The notes below the pieces were generated by a model. That model had not been told where the DNA came from. It was given only the letters and a program-made list of their open reading frames with translations, and searched no databases. A stretch of DNA of 59,082 bases, counting the filler. It is 4 parts of 4 records of this genome, joined end to end, with 100 filler letters (N's around TTAATTAATTAA, not from the genome) between each part and the next. Parts side by side here need not be neighbours in the genome. Positions count along the whole stretch, not along the records: positions 42,370 to 50,418 come from SRR20825019_1101; positions 50,519 to 59,082 come from SRR20825019_1107; 2 more parts are not named here. One strand, written 5' to 3'. The position numbers and the translations under genes are program-made. Positions 42,828 through 51,716 of this stretch are shown here, in pieces. Every line of letters begins with the position of its first letter. The stretch's first letter is position 1.

Positions 42828-43655
42828 CTAGCCCCCCAACGTCGCCGACAAATCCGCAGCCGCCGCCCGCACCGCGACACTCAGCCGTTCAATATCCTCC
42901 AGACCCACACGGCTCGTCGGACCTGAGACCGAAATTCCCGCCACCGCCTCTTGGTGGATGTCGAACACGGGGGCCGCGATGCAGCGCATGCCGAAGTTGC
43001 GTTCTTCGGCGTCCACCGCATAGCCGCGCGCGCGGACCTGTTCCAGATCGGCACGCAGGGCGCTCAGGTCGGTGATGCTGTGCGGGGTGAAGGCGGTGAG
43101 CGTCTTGCCCGCCAATGCCCGCTGCAACCGCGCGTCGTCCATTTCCGCCAACAGCGCCTTGCCGATGCCCGAGGCGTGCATGGGCGACAGGGTACCGGGG
43201 GGAAAGAAGGCGCGGATTGTTGCCTCGGTTTCGACCTGGCTGACGAACAGAACCTGCCCACCGCGTTCAATGCCCAGATTTGCCGTCTCGCCCGTCTGCT
43301 CCATCAGCCGGCGCATCACCGGGCGGGCGCGTTCGACCAGGCTGGTGCGGCGCAGGAAACGCGCACCGATGACAAAGGCGCGCGGGCCGATGTGCCAAAG
43401 CTGTTCGACAGCGTCAAATTCCACCAACCCCCGCCCTTCGAGGGTCACCAGGATGCGGTAGACCGTGGCCGGAGACTGGTCGGTTTCCGACGCCAGCGTG
43501 GTCAGCGCCTTGCCCTGATGTTCGCTGAGAAACTCGAACACCTCCATCGCGCGGTCCAGTGATTTGATGGTGTTCTGCGCGGTCTTGTCGGACCAGTCGC
43601 GGGGGCGGCCACGGGCGCGGCGGGGTTCGGAGGAGGGATTATCTTGGGAAACCAT
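42828..43655 (-). CDS. bhcR: IclR-family regulator BhcR
   Basis: RARGRPR..QNTIKSLDRA N-terminus and HASGIGKALL; divergent from bhcA. Confidence 0.92.
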   Translation of the reverse strand: MVSQDNPSSEPRRARGRPRDWSDKTAQNTIKSLDRAMEVFEFLSEHQGKALTTLASETDQSPATVYRILVTLEGRGLVEFDAVEQLWHIGPRAFVIGARFLRRTSLVERARPVMRRLMEQTGETANLGIERGGQVLFVSQVETEATIRAFFPPGTLSPMHASGIGKALLAEMDDARLQRALAGKTLTAFTPHSITDLSALRADLEQVRARGYAVDAEERNFGMRCIAAPVFDIHQEAVAGISVSGPTSRVGLEDIERLSVAVRAAAADLSATLGG

Positions 43656-43684
43656 ATAATGCCTTTGATTTAACGCGAAAGCCG

Positions 43685-43764
43685 TTTTCACGATATGAAA
43701 AATGCAAGGCACTGACATGACGTGATTTTTCCATTTATAGCACTTTTGAAAAACGATTTCAAAA
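43685..43764. promoter_or_regulatory. Candidate BhcR operators
   Basis: TTTTCA-CGATA-TGAAAA (43685-43701) and TTTTGAAA-AACGA-TTTCAAAA (43744-43764) in the bhcR-bhcA spacer. Confidence 0.6.
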
Positions 43765-43822
43765 AAATTGGGTGCGCGTGATCACTGTCCTAAGGTGGGT
43801 GCAACACATCAAGGAGACGGAC

Positions 43823-45013
43823 ATGAGCTTTCAGAACCCAGTTTTCATTCCGGGGCCGACCAACATCCCCGAAAACCTGCGCAAGGCCTGCGATATGCCG
43901 ACCATCGACCACCGGTCGCCGCTGTTCGGGCAAATCCTGCACCCCGCCCGCGCTGGCGTGCGCAAGGTGCTGAAAAGCACCAGCGCAGAGGTGTTCATCT
44001 TCCCCTCGACCGGCACGGGGGGCTGGGAAACCGCGCTGACCAACACGCTGAGCGCAGGCGACACCGTTCTGGCCGCGCGCAACGGGATGTTTTCGCAACG
44101 CTGGATCGACATGTGCCAGCGCCACGGGCTGAACGTGAACGTGGTTGAAACGCCTTGGGGTCAGGGTGTGCCCGCGGATCGGTACGCCGAGATTCTGGCC
44201 GCCGACACGGGCCACCAGATCAAGGCGGTGCTGGCCACGCACAACGAAACCGCGACCGGCGTGCGGTCGAACATTGCTGCCGTGCGCCACGCGCTGGACG
44301 CGGCGGGCCACCCTGCGATGTTGTTCGTGGACGGCGTGTCGTCGATCGGGTCGATGGAGTTCCGGTTTGACGATTGGGGCGTCGATGTGGCGGTGACCGG
44401 ATCGCAAAAGGGGTTCATGCTGCCCGCCGGTCTGGGCATCGTCGGCTTCAGCGCCAAGGCGATGGAGGCGACCAAATCCGCCAAACTGCCGCGCACCTTC
44501 TTTGACGTGCACGACATGGCCAAGGGTTATGCCAACAACGCCTATCCCTACACGCCTGCGGTCGGCCTGCTGAACGGTCTGAACACCGCCTGCGGGATGC
44601 TGCTGGACGAGGGGCTGGCGAATGTCTTTGCCCGTCATCACCGCATTGCCGAAGGCGTGCGGGCGGCGGTGGGCGCCTGGGGGCTTGAGCTGTGTGCGGC
44701 CAGCCCGGATCTTTATTCCGACACGGTCAGCGCCATCCGCACGCCCGAGGGGTTCAATGCCACCGACATCGTCACCCATGCGGCGGAAGCCTACGGCGTC
44801 GCCTTTGGCGTCGGTCTGGGCGAGGTTGCGGACAAGGTGTTCCGCATCGGCCATCTGGGCAGCCTGACGGATGTGATGATGCTGTCGGGGATTGCGACGG
44901 CGGAAATGTGCATGGCTGACCTGGGGCTGGATATAACGCTTGGCTCGGGCGTCGCGGCGGCGCAGGATTATTATCGCGCCAACCGCACTGTGCGGCAGCA
45001 GGACGCCGCGTGA
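43823..45013 (+). CDS. bhcA: L-aspartate:glyoxylate aminotransferase
   Basis: MSFQNPVFIPGPTN, HNETATG, TGSQKG (PLP Lys), FRIGHLG; first gene of the operon. Confidence 0.93.
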   Translation: MSFQNPVFIPGPTNIPENLRKACDMPTIDHRSPLFGQILHPARAGVRKVLKSTSAEVFIFPSTGTGGWETALTNTLSAGDTVLAARNGMFSQRWIDMCQRHGLNVNVVETPWGQGVPADRYAEILAADTGHQIKAVLATHNETATGVRSNIAAVRHALDAAGHPAMLFVDGVSSIGSMEFRFDDWGVDVAVTGSQKGFMLPAGLGIVGFSAKAMEATKSAKLPRTFFDVHDMAKGYANNAYPYTPAVGLLNGLNTACGMLLDEGLANVFARHHRIAEGVRAAVGAWGLELCAASPDLYSDTVSAIRTPEGFNATDIVTHAAEAYGVAFGVGLGEVADKVFRIGHLGSLTDVMMLSGIATAEMCMADLGLDITLGSGVAAAQDYYRANRTVRQQDAA

Positions 45014-45978
45014 TGAAAGATACGGCCATGTATATCCCGACCTTTGACGACATGCTGGCGGCGCACGCGCGGATTGCGCCCTATATCCACCGCACGCCGG
45101 TTTTGACGTCATCGTTCCTGAACGAGCTGACCGGCGCGCAGTTGTTTTTCAAATGCGAGAACTTCCAGAAGGCAGGCGCATTCAAGGTGCGTGGCGCGTC
45201 GAACGCTGTGTTCGGCCTGTCCGATGCCGAGGCGCAGGCCGGTGTCTGCACCCATTCGTCGGGCAACCACGCGCTGTCGCTGAGCTATGCCGCCGGGCGG
45301 CGGGGTATTCCGTGCAATGTGGTGATGCCCCGCACCGCGCCACAGGCGAAAAAGGATGCTGTGCGCGGCTATGGCGGGGTCATCACCGAATGCGAGCCGT
45401 CGACCACATCGCGCGAGGCGGTCTTTGCTGAGGTGCAGGCGCGCACGGGGGGCGACTTTGTGCACCCCTACAACGATCCGCGGGTAATCGCGGGGCAGGG
45501 AACCTGTTCGCGCGAGCTGATGGAGCAGACCGACGGGCTGGATCTGGTGGTGGCCCCCATCGGTGGCGGCGGCATGATTTCGGGCACCTGCCTGACCCTG
45601 TCGCATCTGGCGCCCGAGGTTCAGATCATCGCCGCCGAGCCGGAACAGGCCGACGATGCCGCGCGCAGTTTCCGTGCGGGTCACATCATTGCGGACGATG
45701 CGCCGGATACGATTGCCGACGGGCTGAAGGTGCCACTGAAGGATTTGACATGGCATTTCGTGTCGAACCACGTCAGCGATGTACTGACAGCCTCCGAAGA
45801 TCAGATCGTGGATGCGATGAAACTGACGTGGAAGCGTATGAAAGTCGTGATGGAGGCCAGCAGCGCGGTGCCGCTGGCCACCATTCTTGCCAACAAGGAC
45901 CGGTTCGCGGGCAAGCGGGTCGGGATCATCATCACCGGGGGCAACGTCGATCTTGACGCCTTGCCGTGGTCCAATTGA
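45013..45978 (+). CDS. bhcB: beta-hydroxyaspartate dehydratase
   Basis: KCENFQKAGAFKVRGA, HSSGNH, PIGGGG, ITGGNVD; TGATG coupling to bhcA. Confidence 0.92.
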   Translation: MKDTAMYIPTFDDMLAAHARIAPYIHRTPVLTSSFLNELTGAQLFFKCENFQKAGAFKVRGASNAVFGLSDAEAQAGVCTHSSGNHALSLSYAAGRRGIPCNVVMPRTAPQAKKDAVRGYGGVITECEPSTTSREAVFAEVQARTGGDFVHPYNDPRVIAGQGTCSRELMEQTDGLDLVVAPIGGGGMISGTCLTLSHLAPEVQIIAAEPEQADDAARSFRAGHIIADDAPDTIADGLKVPLKDLTWHFVSNHVSDVLTASEDQIVDAMKLTWKRMKVVMEASSAVPLATILANKDRFAGKRVGIIITGGNVDLDALPWSN

Positions 45979-45991
45979 AGGAGCCAAGACC

Positions 45992-47155
45992 ATGAACGCA
46001 CCTGTTAAATTCGACGGCCTCGAAGTGGGCTATGACGTGCCGGCGCTGCCGGGCATGGATGCTGCGGACATCCAGACGCCGTGCCTTGTGCTGGATCTGG
46101 ACGCGCTGGAGCGCAACATCGTCAAGATGGGCGACTACGCAAAAGCGCACGGGATGCGCCACCGCGTGCATGGCAAGATGCACAAGTCGGTGGACGTGGC
46201 CAAGCTGCAGGAACGTCTGGGCGGTGCCGTGGGCGTGTGCTGTCAAAAAGTGTCCGAGGCCGAGGTTTTCGCCCGTGGCGGGATCAAGGATATTCTGGTG
46301 TCGAACCAGGTCCGCGACGCGGCCAAAATCGACCGGCTGGCGCGGCTGCCCAAGTTCGGCGCCCGCACCATCGTCTGCGTGGATGACGTGGCCAACGTGG
46401 CCGAGCTGTCGGCGGCGGCGGTGAAACATGGCACCGAGATCGAAGTGCTGGTCGAGATCGACTGTGGCGCGGGGCGGTGCGGCGTGACCACCACGGATGC
46501 GGTGATCGAGATTGCCAAGGCGGTGCAGGCGGCGGACGGTCTGACCTTCACCGGCATTCAGGCCTATCAGGGCGCGATGCAGCATCTGGACAGCTACGAG
46601 GCCCGCAAGGCCAAGCTGGACGTCGCAATTGCACAGGTCAAGGACGCGGTCGAGGGGCTGAAGGCCGAGGGGATTGAATGCGAACTGGTCTCGGGCGGCG
46701 GCACGGGCAGCTATTACTTTGAGAGCAACTCGGGCGTTTATAACGAACTGCAATGCGGGTCCTATGCGTTTATGGATGCTGACTATGGGCGCATTCTGGA
46801 TGCCAGCGGTCAGCGCATTGACCAGGGCGAGTGGGAAAACGCGTTCTTTATCCTCACGCAGGTGATGAGCCACGCCAAGCCCGGCCTTGCGGTTGTGGAC
46901 GCGGGCCTGAAAGCGCAGTCGGTGGACAGCGGGTTGCCGGTGATCTTTGGCCGCACGGATGTGGAATACGCCAGATGTTCGGACGAACACGGCACCGTTC
47001 TTGACCCCGACAACCTGCTGAAAGTGGGCGACAAGCTGCGGCTGGTGCCGGGGCACTGTGACCCCACCGCCAACGTGCACGACTGGTACGTGGGCGTGCG
47101 CGGCGACAAGGTCGAGGTCCTGTGGCCGGTGTCCGCACGCGGCAAAGCTTACTGA
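45992..47155 (+). CDS. bhcC: beta-hydroxyaspartate aldolase
   Basis: Fold-III PLP enzyme: HRVHGKMHK, CCQKVSEAE, SDEHG, PGHCDPT, ARGKAY. Confidence 0.93.
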   Translation: MNAPVKFDGLEVGYDVPALPGMDAADIQTPCLVLDLDALERNIVKMGDYAKAHGMRHRVHGKMHKSVDVAKLQERLGGAVGVCCQKVSEAEVFARGGIKDILVSNQVRDAAKIDRLARLPKFGARTIVCVDDVANVAELSAAAVKHGTEIEVLVEIDCGAGRCGVTTTDAVIEIAKAVQAADGLTFTGIQAYQGAMQHLDSYEARKAKLDVAIAQVKDAVEGLKAEGIECELVSGGGTGSYYFESNSGVYNELQCGSYAFMDADYGRILDASGQRIDQGEWENAFFILTQVMSHAKPGLAVVDAGLKAQSVDSGLPVIFGRTDVEYARCSDEHGTVLDPDNLLKVGDKLRLVPGHCDPTANVHDWYVGVRGDKVEVLWPVSARGKAY

Positions 47156-47218
47156 TCCTCTTTGGTGCAGGCGGCACAGGGTCGGCTGCACAATCCCCAA
47201 CTGACCGGAGCCACCCCG

Positions 47219-48184
47219 ATGCTGATCGTCCCCGAACGCGAGATTGCCAACCTGATGACCCGTGCCGCTGCCTTTGATGCGGTCGAACAGGTCTTTGCCG
47301 CCATGGCGGCGGGCGATGCCTATAACTTTCCGGTCGTGCGCGAGGCGATTGGCCACGAGGATGCGCTTTACGGGTTCAAGGGCGGGTTTGACCGCGCCGG
47401 GCTGACGCTGGGCCTGAAGGCGGGCGGGTATTGGCCGAACAATCTGGAAAAGCGGGACCTGATCAACCACCAGTCCACGGTGTTCCTGTTCGATCCCGAC
47501 ACCGGCAAGGCGCGGGCGATGGTGGGGGGCAACCTGTTGACCGCCCTGCGCACCGCCGCCGCGTCATCGGTGTCGATCAAACATCTGGCGCGCAAGGATG
47601 CGAAGGTGATCGGGATGGTGGGTGCCGGCCATCAGGCGACGTTCCAGCTGCGCGCGGCGCTGGAGCAGCGGGATTTCGACAAGGTGATCGGCTGGAACTA
47701 TCACCCCGAAATGCTGCCCAACATCGAGAAGATCGCCGCCGAGGCAGGCGTGCCGTTCCAGGCGGTCGATCTGCCCGGCATGGTCGAGGCGGATGTGATC
47801 ATTTCCATCACTTCGGCGTTTTCCCCGTCGCTGATGGCGGATCATGTGGCCCCCGGTTGCCATCTGGCGTGCATGGGCACGGACACCAAGGGCAAACAAG
47901 AGGTCGAGGCGGCGCTGCTGGCGCGGGCCACGGTCTTTACCGACGAGGTTGCGCAATCGGTGTCGATTGGCGAGGCACAGCACGCGGTGGCTGAGGGGTT
48001 GATTGCCGAAAGCGACGTGCACCAGTTGGGCGCGGTCATCAACGGCACCCACGCGGGGCGGGTCAGCGACGATCAGATCACGCTGTTTGATGGCACCGGT
48101 GTGGGCCTGCAGGATCTGGCCGTGGCGGCGGCGGTTGTGGATCTGGCGGTGGCGCAGGGGATTGCGATCGAGGTGGATTTTTAG
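47219..48184 (+). CDS. bhcD: Iminosuccinate reductase (ornithine cyclodeaminase family)
   Basis: GLKAGGYWP, LTALRTAA, GAGHQA, FDGTGVGLQD; last gene of bhcABCD. Confidence 0.92.
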   Translation: MLIVPEREIANLMTRAAAFDAVEQVFAAMAAGDAYNFPVVREAIGHEDALYGFKGGFDRAGLTLGLKAGGYWPNNLEKRDLINHQSTVFLFDPDTGKARAMVGGNLLTALRTAAASSVSIKHLARKDAKVIGMVGAGHQATFQLRAALEQRDFDKVIGWNYHPEMLPNIEKIAAEAGVPFQAVDLPGMVEADVIISITSAFSPSLMADHVAPGCHLACMGTDTKGKQEVEAALLARATVFTDEVAQSVSIGEAQHAVAEGLIAESDVHQLGAVINGTHAGRVSDDQITLFDGTGVGLQDLAVAAAVVDLAVAQGIAIEVDF

Positions 48185-48206
48185 GGGGCTGCCCTTTGTG
48201 GCAACC

Positions 48207-49409
48207 TCACTCCGGCACATCAGCCTCGGCAAAGAGGTTGGGAAAAAGCCGCTCGCGGTAGTCCAGCGGAAACGCCAGCCGCACCGGCGTTTTCGGGCCG
48301 CTTGAGGTCAGGAAACCCGCGCCCGTCAACTGTTTCAGCGTGTTGCGTGCCGTGCGTTCGGATGTTTTCAGGACGATCTGCGCATCGCCACGGTCCAGCG
48401 TGCCGTGGCGCAGGACGGCCGACATCAGGTCGGGCGCGCGCTTGTCGTCGATGGTGTCGGCCACCAGCCTGCGATAGCGTTTCTCCAGCCCGCCCAGATC
48501 GAACAGTTTCGTCGAAAAGGTGACCTGATCCAGCGCCACCTTTAGAAACCATGTGCAGAATGTTTGCAGCGCCGCCTGGGACAGGTTGCCGCGTCCGTCG
48601 CGGTCGCCCCGGCGGGGGCTGTCGGCGAGGTCCATCATCTGTTTGTATTCGCCGCGATCCTCCAACCCCCGCGCCAGCCCGCGCGAGATCGACCACAGCC
48701 CGTTGCCCCCGATCCCCGCATTCAGCGCCATGGCGTGCGACATCAGCCGGCTGACGCGGCCGTTTCCGTCGGGAAAGGGGTGGATAAAGTTCAGCCGGTG
48801 GTGGGCCGAGGCGATGGCGATGATCCGCCCGCTGGCGGACCGTTCAGCGATGCGAAACCGTTTGTCGAAATGCTCCATAAAGGCCGCCACACGGTCGGAC
48901 GACGGCGGCAGGTGCCGCCCCACGGCCACCTCGCGGTCGCCAGGCTGACGCATCCGGCCCGGAACTATGGGTTCCTGTGTGCCGTCGGGGTGGTCGATCA
49001 CACGGAATTCGTCGGGCATTTCGTCGTAAAAGGCGCGGTGCACCCATGTGAGAAACTCGACCGAGGTTGGCGTGGGCATGGTGCCGTCGCGGTGCATCTG
49101 GTCGATGGCGCGCTGAACGATAACATGGGCGCGCGCCTCAAGCGCGAGAGGGCGGGTTTCTGCTTCCAGTTCGGCACCGGCCAGCGCACGTGCGATATCG
49201 CGGGGGCGGGTGTTGTGGCCTTCGATCAGGTTGGAATAATAACAGTTCATCATCCGCACCAGATCGGCCAGCTCGGCGGCGCTGTCGGGGTGCAGGCCAT
49301 GCCCCAGACCGCTGGCGGCGCGCTGGATCTCGACCGACAGGTCGGCCAGTGCGGCGGGGATGTGATCCTCGAAAAAGCAGGGTTCTATACGGCCCGGGGT
49401 TTCCAACAT
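48207..49409 (-). CDS. Class II Fic-domain protein with a probable C-terminal HTH
   Basis: Canonical HPFPDGNGRVSR motif, N-terminal inhibitory SNLIEG, C-terminal SERTARNTLKQL. Confidence 0.9.
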   Translation of the reverse strand: MLETPGRIEPCFFEDHIPAALADLSVEIQRAASGLGHGLHPDSAAELADLVRMMNCYYSNLIEGHNTRPRDIARALAGAELEAETRPLALEARAHVIVQRAIDQMHRDGTMPTPTSVEFLTWVHRAFYDEMPDEFRVIDHPDGTQEPIVPGRMRQPGDREVAVGRHLPPSSDRVAAFMEHFDKRFRIAERSASGRIIAIASAHHRLNFIHPFPDGNGRVSRLMSHAMALNAGIGGNGLWSISRGLARGLEDRGEYKQMMDLADSPRRGDRDGRGNLSQAALQTFCTWFLKVALDQVTFSTKLFDLGGLEKRYRRLVADTIDDKRAPDLMSAVLRHGTLDRGDAQIVLKTSERTARNTLKQLTGAGFLTSSGPKTPVRLAFPLDYRERLFPNLFAEADVPE

Positions 49410-49412
49410 TTT

Positions 49413-49516
49413 TTGCCGATCTTGTGTTCATCAAAAGTTAAATGTTTATAGGGCATAAATAGAGAAAATTGCAAGAGTTTGCCGATGTAGGTTGCCGATC
49501 TTGCGTGCCGGTCTTT
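49413..49516 (+). repeat. Four direct repeats of TTGCCGATCTTG upstream of fic
   Basis: Copies start at 49413 (TTGCCGATCTTG), 49479 (TTGCCGATGTAG), 49492 (TTGCCGATCTTG) and 49505 (GTGCCGGTCTTT). Confidence 0.75.
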
Positions 49517-49517
49517 G

Positions 49518-49547
49518 ACATGGGCCACCCCGGAGGGCAGCCCATGT
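49518..49547 (-). terminator. Hairpin downstream of acdS
   Basis: ACATGGGC...GCCCATGT. Confidence 0.5.
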
Positions 49548-49562
49548 GCGGCCGGGGAGGGA

Positions 49563-50417
49563 TCAGCCGTCTTTGTAGTAGGACGCGTAGCCGTTCAGCG
49601 CCGGTGCGCCGCCCAGGTGGGCATAGAGCACTTTGGACCCTTCGGGGAAGAAGCCCTTGCGCGTCAGGTCGATCATGCCCTGCATGGATTTGCCTTCGTA
49701 AACCGGATCGGTGATCATCGCCTCGGTGCGCGCCGACAGGCGGATCGCCTCGTTGGTTTCGTCCGACGGCACGCCGTAGGCCGGATAGGCATAGTCGTTG
49801 TTGATCACGATTTCTTCGTCGCACACGGCACGGCCAAGGCCGACCAGTTCGGCGGTGTCGTCAACGATGCTGCGCACCTGGGCGCGGGTCTGTTCGGGCG
49901 TGCCCGAGGCATCAATGCCGATCACGCTTTCGGCGCGGTCCTGTGCGGCAAAGCCCACGATCATACCGGCCTGGGTCGAGCCGGTGACGACGCAAACGAC
50001 GATATAGTCGAACTTGAAGTCCAGCTCTTTCTCTTGCTCGGCGACCTCTTCGGCAAAGCCGATATAGCCAAGCGCGCCGTATTTGTGCACCGAGGCACCG
50101 GCGGGAATGGCGTAGGGCTTGCCGCCCTTGTCCTCGACGGATTTGATCGCGTCTTCCCAGCTTTTGCGAATGCCGATGTCAAAGCCTTCATCGACCAGAC
50201 GCGAATCCGCGCCCATCAGGCGGGTCATCATGATGTTGCCGACGCGGTCATAGACGGCATCGTGGTGCGGCACCCATTTTTCCTGGATCACAACGCAGTC
50301 CATGCCGATTTTCGCGGCGGTGGCGGCGACCATACGGGTGTGGTTCGACTGCACGCCACCGATGGACACCAGCGTGTCGGCACCGGACGCGATGGCGTCG
50401 GGGACGATATATTCCAG
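49563..50417 (-). CDS. acdS: 1-aminocyclopropane-1-carboxylate deaminase, 5'-truncated
   Basis: [26 protein letters not shown] and HLGGAPAL. The Glu and Leu residues that separate AcdS from D-cysteine desulfhydrase are present. Confidence 0.9.
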   Translation of the reverse strand: MEYIVPDAIASGADTLVSIGGVQSNHTRMVAATAAKIGMDCVVIQEKWVPHHDAVYDRVGNIMMTRLMGADSRLVDEGFDIGIRKSWEDAIKSVEDKGGKPYAIPAGASVHKYGALGYIGFAEEVAEQEKELDFKFDYIVVCVVTGSTQAGMIVGFAAQDRAESVIGIDASGTPEQTRAQVRSIVDDTAELVGLGRAVCDEEIVINNDYAYPAYGVPSDETNEAIRLSARTEAMITDPVYEGKSMQGMIDLTRKGFFPEGSKVLYAHLGGAPALNGYASYYKDG

Positions 50418-50418
50418 C

Positions 50419-50518
50419 NNNNNNNNNNNNNNNNNNNNNNNNNNNNNNNNNNNNNNNNNNNNTTAATTAATTAANNNNNNNNNNNNNNNNNNNNNNNNNN
50501 NNNNNNNNNNNNNNNNNN
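50419..50518. other. Artificial contig linker
   Basis: N44-TTAATTAATTAA-N44. Confidence 0.99.
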
Positions 50519-51716
50519 CGCGCGCGTCTCAAAGGTTAACCTAACCACCCTAGACCGCAAGTTACTTATATAAGCCACTATAAACCGGGCCGGCGGAGGG
50601 CGGCGTCACTGCTGGAGCCGCCACGAGGCGTCAGCCGGCCCGATGGTCGCGGCTGAACAGGCTCCTCTGTGCACGCTGGCAGCAGCTCCGCTAAACCTGC
50701 TCGGAATGGACTACGCCGTCAGCGGAGCCGAATCGGGCCCCCAAGCCGGGCCATACGCCCTCAGTGGCAACAACGAATCATTCAGTACTTGGTTCGAAAC
50801 TCACCGCGTGCCCCGCAGTGGCGCCGAGTACGTTTGGGCACAAAAGCCACGACGGGCGCAGTTCGCCAGTCCGAGGCTACGGTACTCTACGAGCTCGGAT
50901 TGCCAGGAGACCGCGGCTTGTCGGTTCCGGCTGATGAGCAGTCACGGACTGAACGGAACCAGCCGGCGGTGTCGTCCGACGCGGCGGAGGCGGCCCGCCG
51001 GACCGGCGTATCAGTGGCTGACCCAAAAGCCTCGACTGCGGATCAGACAGACAATCAATGACACTGATCAATCAGCCACATATCAATCAAGAGATGGTGA
51101 ACTTGAGACCCAAGACCACGCTGATCAGGCTCTCTGGGGACACATGTCAATCGAGAGCATGTCTATCACAGGCACTGACAGTGGTCCAGTTTGAATCCCG
51201 ACCAGCCGGCCACTGTGCCGTGCCGCCCCCGTCGGCCCCTCCGGCCCGCCCCCCTGGACTCGCAGAGGCTGGTCCCGGGGGTCCACTCCTTGTCACCTCT
51301 CTACTCTAGAGACCTAGAGTGACACACCCGGCAAAGAGGGTGCTTGGGGTCTTCTCCCCGTGAGCCGCCACAGCCAACCCCCCCGGCCCTCCCCCCCGGG
51401 CGGGCCGGAGCGAGCCCGCATCCATCAGTCGATCACCGTGGAGTCTTCTCACTCTAGTCTCTGGACCCGGCGAGAACCAGCACTGCTGCGGTGGCCGTAG
51501 TCTGGCGAAGGAGGCAACGCCAGTTAGGTCGACACCACCCAGTATTCCTATTCCAGTGGTGACGACTGGTCAACAGACACTGCTGTCACAACAACATCGT
51601 CTTCTCCGCCAGCGGGGACGCCGTTGGAGTCGCCTGGGGGCCCAACTCAAGTATCTCCCCTCACGCCAGCAATTACCCAATAGCTAGGCGCGCCCCTCAG
51701 TGCCGCGAGGATCAGT

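Noticed and set aside
22705-47470. Long overlapping alternative ORFs (e.g. 22705-24210, 26975-28762, 32154-33788, 34566-36242, 45932-47470)
   Set aside because: Opposite-strand shadows of well-supported genes in GC-rich DNA.
18825-50518. Bacteria-to-eukaryote HGT or endosymbiont integration
   Set aside because: The junctions are artificial linkers, and the bacterial genes keep operons and RBSs.
50764-50805. tRNA or SINE suggested by GGTTCGAAAC (B box)
   Set aside because: No T-stem pairing, A box or cloverleaf.
50643-51194. 183-aa ORF downstream of TATA-like motifs
   Set aside because: No recognisable domain or splice support; cannot be told from a chance ORF in GC-rich DNA.
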